A DNA stretch of 28,088 nucleotides from a virus (Duplodnaviria > Caudoviricetes): IMG/VR virus record IMGVR_UViG_3300044976_000024, positions 1 through 28,088 of that record. One strand, given 5' to 3'. Below the pieces are notes generated by a model that was not told where the DNA came from, did not search any database, and worked only from the letters and a program-made list of their open reading frames with translations. Of this stretch, positions 22,601-28,088 are shown piece after piece; position 1 is the stretch's first letter, and each line of letters begins with the position of its first letter. A program made the translations under genes and the position numbers.

Positions 22601-23188
22601 GTGCAGCACGGTGAGCTTGTGCGCCGCGGACCACTCCGGCACCGACACCGCCTTCAGCTTCTTGGCCAGCTTCTGCCCGCCGACGTAGAACATCCGGGCC
22701 GGTTCGCCGTCGTCGCTCAGCGCCAGGATGCGGTTGTTGATCTGCAGGTACTTCACATGGGCGGTGCCGGGGTCGAAGCTCAGCACCTCCTCGCCCTGCG
22801 GCACCGAGAAGCCGACCTCCGGGTCGGTGAGCCGGTGCACCACGGAGCCGTAGACGGTGGACAGCAGCGCCCGGAAGCCGACCTTGCCGGTCGCCTCCCG
22901 CACCGCGACCAGCAGTGCCCGCGACCCGTCGTCCAGGTAGAACAGCTCCGGCGAGCCGATCACCGGCAGGTCCATCGCGGTCTCCGGCGCGGTCAGCGAC
23001 AGGTGCCGCAGCCCGGGCCGGGTGTTCAGCGCGCCGTTGCGGTCCACCCACAGGTTCGCCATCAGCCGCAGCGAGTTCGGCTCTGATTGACCAGGGGGGT
23101 AGGCGGTGGACCAGCCGACGAACTGCCGCAGGTAGGCCCGCGACAGCGGCCGGTCGATCGGCGGCGGGGTCTGCTTCTTGGTCGCCAT
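19682..23188 (-). CDS. Large tail protein (podovirus nozzle/tail tubular B-like) with inserted carbohydrate-binding-like modules, 1168 aa
   Basis: N-terminal F.GW...NLWVDRNGALNTRPG and beta-rich C-terminus as in podoviral nozzle proteins; TNxxxNPSFE and YFDGS...WxG motifs as in actinophage minor tail proteins. Confidence 0.65.
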   Translation of the reverse strand: MATKKQTPPPIDRPLSRAYLRQFVGWSTAYPPGQSEPNSLRLMANLWVDRNGALNTRPGLRHLSLTAPETAMDLPVIGSPELFYLDDGSRALLVAVREATGKVGFRALLSTVYGSVVHRLTDPEVGFSVPQGEEVLSFDPGTAHVKYLQINNRILALSDDGEPARMFYVGGQKLAKKLKAVSVPEWSAAHKLTVLHPDAAWIGEQARTLRTNVALNPSFEVGTRYWTKSDSCAWRTVADTGQQGGRALEIASAPARTNMQPRPLHEVPASGSVGWTAGQGDPLLGVSGSYLEISPSSADSDFLVVGPVITEGVREAARYVTAVDVQTGSGDTVPQMVLESLSADGRVLSRQRVAMTGYGSGRWSGPALVSSDGAAALRLSLGGTGSTSVRFRNVLVCAEGEPTGMFYGDSGSDTFWTGEPGNSASIHHPPADVRVRTHTYAVPGGAAAMAGSVAIRKMQAEAANATVSVLMYTTDLANPTVERLVRGPSQRAALTGSWARYAATATAGPTAVSCALEVLVPLLPRGAAVRLDGALLEAGAGGGAYFDGSSPSDADTRHTWSGVTSNLPHEGPSLQAQLAGSSAPTAETPTLKTLVASGGAESNPYKIAFFYTIENDIGESAASQVAELRMSRAWSDWRWETPNATGEPSGTYTAEAHLSADQLVVVMPQAVYDQAVRENALRWNLYALSWPEQGAVPVEGSLIASQDIYPDQATSGAVPLPYPVGGRIQVTAARRAGTVTAWLPTPGNRLNSSLPPAHRNGLVAGDRMVLVGSPYQPATIQWSSSAPGRYTMFTPNTGGGEKALTSGNLNLPYSVALWQNPQSADTITVLCSDDNGRSVSYYMAPATVEAGSSGSFPVMGFEETTSTPGTVAPFGVEVLNNGLYRPLGMSLLKSTASNYNINHKTQTDKIANAWQLLESKQRIMSSQLDNRLYYLVHNPQGETLALGCRGNEVWVLDAASEMGHWSRFLVQGGSLKPITIGSHTFMSVSRPDGLYYLDEEAVRDHAVVGGMVLEQQIPWSFETNTQGANRAHDAWAHLQQVGVVLGNFSGTMRYGVRGRTLHGTEVDVAKVFTDAGEAAPTGQRWDVEDVLLVRRDMKEWYLYASSVDGRPGTGQLGVVQYRYTPVSVNVGYEFGSVETFEYGADAQGDGTSYSRNAVPLPYLDYGRP

Positions 23189-23197
23189 CCGGGCCTC

Positions 23198-23962
23198 CTA
23201 GATGAAGTCGGCGTGCGGATGCAGGTGGCCGGTGTCCTGGTTCACCAGGCCGTTCTCCAGCGGCAGCGTGAAGGAGTTGCTGTACGGGGCCTCGGTGTGG
23301 CTGGTGTCCCGCTCGATCAGCTGGTACATCAGCGTCTTGTAGTCGCCCTCCAGCGTGGGCACCCGGGGCTGCATCACCGGGTCGGTCTGGGCGTAGAAGT
23401 AGGCGGCCCGGGCGATCACCAGGTCCGGGTAGGCGAAGTCCACCTCCTGCAGCCTGATGTGGTCCGGCACGCTCTGCCCGACCGCCGGGAGCCGGAACAT
23501 CACCGGCTCGCGCATCACCGGGACGTGCACCTCCAGCCCCTCCTCGGCGTCGGTGAACGGCCGGGAGAACAGCAGCCCGCCCTCGATGGACGACACCCAC
23601 AGCCCCACCATGTGGCGGTACTTGTGCAGCGCGTCCCGGGGCAGGAAGTACGCCCAGGTGCGGGTGTTGCCGTCGGTGTCCACCAGTCGCACCGCGTCGT
23701 CGTTGAGCACCCGGGGCCGTAGCGAGGCGGGCAGCCGCACCGAGGTCGCGCCGCAGCTGGCGCTGGCCCCGGCGTCGGTGGTGGAGTGGTAGCAGGACCA
23801 CTCGTTCTCCAGCGCGTTGGCCCGCAGCGAGCGGTTCAGCGACCGGGCGACCGAGCGGAACCGCTCCAGCTCCGGGGCGTACGACAGGTCCAGGCCGGTG
23901 AGCAGCCCGAGCACCTCGGCGACCGCCTCCTCCAGCGTCATCCGCACTTCGGGTCCGGCCAT
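23198..23962 (-). CDS. Probable head-to-tail adaptor / tail tubular protein A, 254 aa
   Basis: TLEEAVAEV N-terminal helix, LNRSLR...W, LPASLR, LVIARAAY; directly upstream of the nozzle-like gene. Confidence 0.55.
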   Translation of the reverse strand: MAGPEVRMTLEEAVAEVLGLLTGLDLSYAPELERFRSVARSLNRSLRANALENEWSCYHSTTDAGASASCGATSVRLPASLRPRVLNDDAVRLVDTDGNTRTWAYFLPRDALHKYRHMVGLWVSSIEGGLLFSRPFTDAEEGLEVHVPVMREPVMFRLPAVGQSVPDHIRLQEVDFAYPDLVIARAAYFYAQTDPVMQPRVPTLEGDYKTLMYQLIERDTSHTEAPYSNSFTLPLENGLVNQDTGHLHPHADFI

Positions 23963-23963
23963 C

Positions 23964-25151
23964 TCAGCCCCACTTCCTCAGCGACGCGCCCTCGGGGCCG
24001 CCCAGCGGCTCGAACTGCATCGCGGCCGCCAGGTCGGAGTTGGTGACCTTGGCGCTCACCTTCTCCTGGCCCTTGTAGTCCTTGATCCAGTCGGGGACCG
24101 CCTGCCGCACGTACGACTTGCCGGCTTCGTTGGAGGCGTCCATGAACGCGGTACCGGACAGGGTCTTCTTCGCCCCTCCGCCCTCGCCGGTCTTCTGCTC
24201 CTTGGCCAGGTCCAGGTAGTCGGCCTGCGAGGTGTAGGTGTTGCCGAGCTGGGTGAACGTCTCGGAGCGGCGGTTGTAGAAGTCCTGCCACAGCCGCTCC
24301 CGCTCGGACTCGGTCTGGTTGTGGGTGTTGGACAGCGCGGACTGGGTGTCCACGTTCAGGTCGTTGATGGCGGCGTTGGTGCTCTGCATGCTGTCGAAGT
24401 AGGAGCGGTTGCCCTCGTTGATGTTGGACTGCCAGTTCCGCGCCGCGCCCACCATCGCCCGCAGCATGTCGGTCTGCCCCACGCCCTGCTGCAGCAGCGA
24501 GCCCAGGGTGTCCTGCCGCTCCCGCACCAGGTTGGACATGGACCCCTCGGCCTGCCCGGCGGTGGCCTGCTCGGTGTTCTTCGCTCCGGCGAGGAACTCC
24601 AGCGCCCGGGCCGACGCGCCCTTCTTCAGCATGTCGAACTGCTCGCCCAGCAGGCCGTCGATGTCGGTGAGGTTCTGGTCCAGGCTCTGCTTGAACGTGA
24701 CGTCCAGCGCGTGCCGCAGCGCCGCGATCTGCGGGTCGAGGTTCTCGGCCTGGCTCTTGTACCGCGCGCCAGCCCGTGCCATCGCGGCGGCTGCTTCGGC
24801 CTCGGCCTTGGCCTGCGCGGCCCGGGCGTCGGCATTGGCCCGTTCCTGCGCCGCGGCCGCGGCCCTGGCTCCGGCGTCGCCGGCCGAAGGACCGGTCTGC
24901 TGCGGCGGGGTGAGGAGCGCGGCCATGCCCGCCGGGAGCGCGGTGCCGGACGCCCGCATCGCGTCCATCCAGTCCAGGTACTCCTGCGCGGTCGCCCCTT
25001 TGCGCAACGGCGGCGGCGGCGGTGGCTTGACGACGGTCCGGTTGGTGGGGGCGGTACCGGCGACGGTCCTGGCCCTGCTGGCGGCGGTGTTGTTGGTAGC
25101 CCGCTGCTTGTTCTGCTGGTCGTAGGACTCCCCGCGCTTGCGTGCCGCCAT
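23964..25151 (-). CDS. Ala/Gln-rich helical protein, probable internal virion (ejection) protein, 395 aa
   Basis: Composition, absence of Cys, and position in the structural operon. Confidence 0.6.
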   Translation of the reverse strand: MAARKRGESYDQQNKQRATNNTAASRARTVAGTAPTNRTVVKPPPPPPLRKGATAQEYLDWMDAMRASGTALPAGMAALLTPPQQTGPSAGDAGARAAAAAQERANADARAAQAKAEAEAAAAMARAGARYKSQAENLDPQIAALRHALDVTFKQSLDQNLTDIDGLLGEQFDMLKKGASARALEFLAGAKNTEQATAGQAEGSMSNLVRERQDTLGSLLQQGVGQTDMLRAMVGAARNWQSNINEGNRSYFDSMQSTNAAINDLNVDTQSALSNTHNQTESERERLWQDFYNRRSETFTQLGNTYTSQADYLDLAKEQKTGEGGGAKKTLSGTAFMDASNEAGKSYVRQAVPDWIKDYKGQEKVSAKVTNSDLAAAMQFEPLGGPEGASLRKWG

Positions 25152-25152
25152 C

Positions 25153-26382
25153 TCAGCCTCCGATGCCTAGGAAGGACCTGGTCTCGGCCCCGGTGCGGTA
25201 GCCCTCGGGGACTCCGATCCTGTCGTCCTCCAGGGACTTCAGGTTGAAGTAGTCGAAGATCTCGTTGTAGTCCGCGTCGGTGAACTTGTGCTCCTGCCCC
25301 ATCGCCCACAGCTCGTCAAGGTTCTCGGTGGATGAGGAGGAGAGGTAGTCGTACATGTTCTGGAAGATGGTCTCCTTGGCGTTCTCCTCGTCGGTGGCAC
25401 GGCCCTGCCCCTGCGCCAGCCAGCCGAACGGGATCTGGTCCACCGGGATGTCCCTGCCCAGGTAGCGGTCGATCCGGGCCTGCTCGCTCCAGCCGGTGAT
25501 ACCGGTGTCGGCCAGCGCCTTCTCCACCAGGCTCCCGGCCAGGTCGATCTGCCGCTGGTCCAGCGCGGTCTGCGCCGCGGCCCCGGCGGCGGAGTGGTAG
25601 CCCTGGTACGGCCCGATCTCCGGGGTGGCGTCCCACGGCTGCAGCGCCTTGATCTCGTTCACGTCGTAGGCGCGGTCCAGCGACAGGTACTCGTCCAAAT
25701 CTTGACCTCGTAAGCGGCCCATGCCCATCTTGTCCAGCAGCGCCACCGTGTTCGGGGCGTACACCTGCGACCCGCCCTCGGTGCCGAACATCTCGGCGAC
25801 CCTGGCCCGGTACTCCGGGTCCTGCTCCTGCGGTGCCACCTTGCCGCGCCGGTCGGCCTCGGTGGCGTTGATCAGCAGCTCGTTGAAGCGCATCGCCTTC
25901 TGCTGCTGCGGGGTGAGCGACTGGTAGTCCGCCAGGTTCGCCCGGCCGGTGCGGTAGGAGTCGCCGGTCAGCTCCGGCGAGAGGTTCGGGGCCTTCACGC
26001 CGTAGTCGGCCTGCGCCTGCTGCTGCTGCCACTTCGACAGCGAGTACCGGTGCGGGCCGATCTCCTTGAAGGTGCTGGTGTCGGCCCAGTCCTGCAGCAG
26101 CCCCTGCGGAGCCACCGCCCCGTTCCAGCCAGCGCTCTTCAGGTAGCGCTGGGTGGCGCGCGACGCCGTGGTCGGATCGAACCGCTGCGGCAGGACGGCG
26201 GGCGTGTTCGGATGCCAGCCGCTGCCGGGCAGCCTGACATCCTTGTCGCCGGGCTTCTTCCAGTCCTTGTCGCTGCCGGGCAGTTTGATGTCGTTCTGCC
26301 GCTGGGTCTGCTTCTCCGCCTCAGTCGTGGGGAATGGACGGGATTTGATCCCGGGCAGCCAGTCGAAGTCCCAGAACCCCAT
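25153..26382 (-). CDS. Hypothetical virion-associated protein, 409 aa
   Basis: AAGGAGG SD; strong GC3; short duplication DIKLPGS/DVRLPGS; 1-nt gap to the next gene. Confidence 0.75.
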   Translation of the reverse strand: MGFWDFDWLPGIKSRPFPTTEAEKQTQRQNDIKLPGSDKDWKKPGDKDVRLPGSGWHPNTPAVLPQRFDPTTASRATQRYLKSAGWNGAVAPQGLLQDWADTSTFKEIGPHRYSLSKWQQQQAQADYGVKAPNLSPELTGDSYRTGRANLADYQSLTPQQQKAMRFNELLINATEADRRGKVAPQEQDPEYRARVAEMFGTEGGSQVYAPNTVALLDKMGMGRLRGQDLDEYLSLDRAYDVNEIKALQPWDATPEIGPYQGYHSAAGAAAQTALDQRQIDLAGSLVEKALADTGITGWSEQARIDRYLGRDIPVDQIPFGWLAQGQGRATDEENAKETIFQNMYDYLSSSSTENLDELWAMGQEHKFTDADYNEIFDYFNLKSLEDDRIGVPEGYRTGAETRSFLGIGG

Positions 26383-26428
26383 GCCGTCCTCCTTCCGCCA
26401 GTCCCATCCTAGGCGCGGGGCCTGCGGA

Positions 26429-27136
26429 TCAGAGGTCGTCGACGACTGTCAGCCCGATGCCGTCGAACAGGTGCGCGGCCTGGGACTTCCCGACGAAGGA
26501 GGTGCCAGGGGCGTCGTTTCCGAACCCGTGCTGCGTCTGGCACTTGCGCACCTCGTCATCGGTCATGGCGAAGTACCCGCCGGTGGTCGGCAGCGTCGCG
26601 CCGCCCTCGAGCGGATGGCCGTTGAGCACGGTCTGCAGGTACCAGACCGAGTCGCTGTCCTCGGTGCCGAACGTCAGCTTGCTCAGGTAGACGGTCTTGG
26701 AGGTCGGGGCCGGGTAGTCGCCACCGCCACCTCCGCCGCTGTCGTTGTGGCTGAGCATCGGGTCGGCCATGATGTTGCACGACCAGCCGTACTGGCTGTG
26801 CCGCTCGAAATGCAGGTGCGGGCCGGTGGCGTTGCCCTCGCTGCCGACCTCCGCCAGGTAGTCGCCGGCCCCGACGTGGCCGCCGTTGCCGGGCCGGGTG
26901 CGGGTATGGGCGTAGAAGTCCTCGGTGCCGTCGCCGGGCCGGACCACGAACTGGTGGCTGCCGAAGCTGGAGCCGTAGTCAACATGGCTGATCTGCCCGC
27001 CGCGGGCGGCCACCACCGTGGCCCCGGCGTCGGCGGCGTAGTCCTGGCCGGTATGCCAGCCGCAGGTGTTCCAGCTGCCGGTGTTCGCCTTGTGGTACGG
27101 GGTCGTCACCGAATGGCCGGGAACCGGATTTACCAT
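26429..27136 (-). CDS. Endolysin: M23 peptidase plus peptidoglycan-binding-like domain, 235 aa
   Basis: HTGQD (HxxxD), YAH, HLHFE (HxH), Gly linker, VWYLQTVLN...TDDEVRKCQ; start at ATG 27136 with TACTGT 7 nt upstream. Confidence 0.88.
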   Translation of the reverse strand: MVNPVPGHSVTTPYHKANTGSWNTCGWHTGQDYAADAGATVVAARGGQISHVDYGSSFGSHQFVVRPGDGTEDFYAHTRTRPGNGGHVGAGDYLAEVGSEGNATGPHLHFERHSQYGWSCNIMADPMLSHNDSGGGGGGDYPAPTSKTVYLSKLTFGTEDSDSVWYLQTVLNGHPLEGGATLPTTGGYFAMTDDEVRKCQTQHGFGNDAPGTSFVGKSQAAHLFDGIGLTVVDDL

Positions 27137-27174
27137 AACCCCCACAGTAACGATTCCGCTGGCAGTATGGGCCG

Positions 27175-27294
27175 ATGAACGAGTTCTGGTGGGTCGTGGT
27201 ACTGGCGCTGGCGGTGACAACTATCGCGGTCTCGGCGGGGTTCCTGTACGGCATGTACCTGATCGTGAACGACCTCATCCTGACGTGGGACTGA
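27175..27294 (+). CDS. Small single-TM protein, 39 aa (not in ORF track)
   Basis: MNEFWWVVVLALAVTTIAVSAGFLYGMYLIVNDLILTWD*; divergent from the endolysin gene. Confidence 0.6.
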   Translation: MNEFWWVVVLALAVTTIAVSAGFLYGMYLIVNDLILTWD

Positions 27295-27548
27295 CGGCGG
27301 TCGAGGTGGGGATCGTCGGAGGTCCGTTCCTGATCCTGCTGGGGCTGCTGCTGAAGTTCACGTCCTGGTGTCTCAATGTCCCTTTCTATGCGCCGCTGGA
27401 CGAGTGCCCCGCCGGCTGCTGGCTGCCGCCGGTCGGCCCGCGCACCATGAGCTCGGCGGAGTTCCGCTGCCGCGACTGCGGCCGGTACTGGCGCACCGAG
27501 ATGGATGCGATCCGGGACCGCACCGAGTACGTCTTCTGGGTGCCGGGA
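27285..27548 (+). CDS. Probable TM plus Cys (CPAGC...CRDC) protein; 3' end uncertain (frame stays open to 28001)
   Basis: GTG start overlapping the upstream small ORF; coding-like GC3 up to ~27548, then the frame enters a hairpin and antisense genes. Confidence 0.45.
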
Positions 27549-27580
27549 CGGCCCCGGACACGGGGGTGGATCCGGGGCCG
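27549..27580. terminator. Perfect 10-bp hairpin between convergent genes
   Basis: CGGCCCCGGA / TCCGGGGCCG with a 12-nt loop. Confidence 0.6.
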
Positions 27581-27597
27581 CAGTCCGGAGCCTACGG

Positions 27598-27678
27598 TCA
27601 GTACGCCGCGAGCACCAGGGCGACCTGGCACGCCAGGATCAGGGCCAGCAGCAGCACCGCTATCGCGCGATCGTCCAT
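27598..27678 (-). CDS. Leaderless 26-aa hydrophobic peptide (not in ORF track)
   Basis: MDDRAIAVLLLALILACQVALVLAAY*; TACGCT 6 nt upstream of ATG. Confidence 0.55.
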   Translation of the reverse strand: MDDRAIAVLLLALILACQVALVLAAY

Positions 27679-27698
27679 ACCGGCAGCGTAGCGGCGGA

Positions 27699-27974
27699 TC
27701 AGTCATCGTCGCGCACGGAACCGTAGTGCTTCCCGGCCCAGACCCCGGCGGTGACCGCGTGGCGCTCGGCGTAGGCGCGGCACTCCGCGATCACCGGGCA
27801 GGCGTCGCAGACCTGCTCCACCCGCAGCCGCTCGATCTTCAGCCGCTGCGCGCCGGAACCGCGCCACTCCGACGGGAACCACATCAGGTCGCGGTGCTCC
27901 GGCGCGGCACAGCTGGCCCGCCTGCGCCAGTCGTCGGCGATCTCGACGATGAACCGCTGCGCGTACGGCCTCAT
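27699..27974 (-). CDS. whiB: WhiB family transcription factor
   Basis: W...A.C, WFP, CxxCPV...C four-Cys pattern and GVWAG turn. Confidence 0.92.
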   Translation of the reverse strand: MRPYAQRFIVEIADDWRRRASCAAPEHRDLMWFPSEWRGSGAQRLKIERLRVEQVCDACPVIAECRAYAERHAVTAGVWAGKHYGSVRDDD

Positions 27975-28088
27975 CGGCCGGTCCCGGTGCTGCTGTCCTG
28001 ATCGTCGTCCGGGGGCGGCTTGGTCTGGCTGCGCGCCTCGGCGCCGACCCAGGCCCCGAGCACCACGAACCCGGCGGCGAGCATCTGC
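27971..28088 (-). CDS. Partial membrane protein (5' end outside window)
   Basis: ...QMLAAGFVVLGAWVGAEARSQTKPPPDDDQDSSTGTGR*; ATGA overlap with whiB. Confidence 0.6.
   Translation of the reverse strand, partial: QMLAAGFVVLGAWVGAEARSQTKPPPDDDQDSSTGTGR

Noticed and set aside
19743-23801. 1352-aa minus-strand ORF and 684-aa plus-strand ORF (19670-21724)
   Set aside because: Arg/Gly/Pro-rich off-frame or antisense translations of the tail genes; codon bias favours the 19682-23188 and 23198-23962 frames, unlike the 17859-18275 case.

Overview
A ~28 kb segment of a high-GC tailed actinobacteriophage (WhiB gene, M23 endolysin, TANNNT leaderless promoters). Two arms converge at 13855/13856. The + arm (206-13855) holds small early genes, a nucleotidyltransferase, a MoxR-type AAA ATPase plus VWA partner, an SSB-like protein, a Cas4-like exonuclease, a family A DNA polymerase, a RuvC-like resolvase, an SF2 helicase, a D5-like SF3 helicase, a prim-pol and a DUF6378-like protein. 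The - arm holds the large terminase, a LysM/repeat protein, an Ig-like protein, a scaffold-like protein, podovirus-like tail and internal virion proteins, the endolysin and WhiB. No portal, major capsid, integrase, tRNA or CRISPR array is recognisable. From recall (not a search), the gene set resembles Microbacterium cluster EK/EM podoviruses. The most notable unexplained structures are: five abutting GGYN-tetraloop hairpins next to an AT-rich tract (11-180); a symmetric 3+3 GTAGAC iteron element (19585-19685); two sequence-unrelated H-type pseudoknots, each just upstream of an identical 16-nt start-associated motif; a coiled-coil ORF overprinted inside the scaffold-like gene; and a nested carbohydrate-binding-like insertion in the large tail protein. 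All functional calls come from motifs read by eye.
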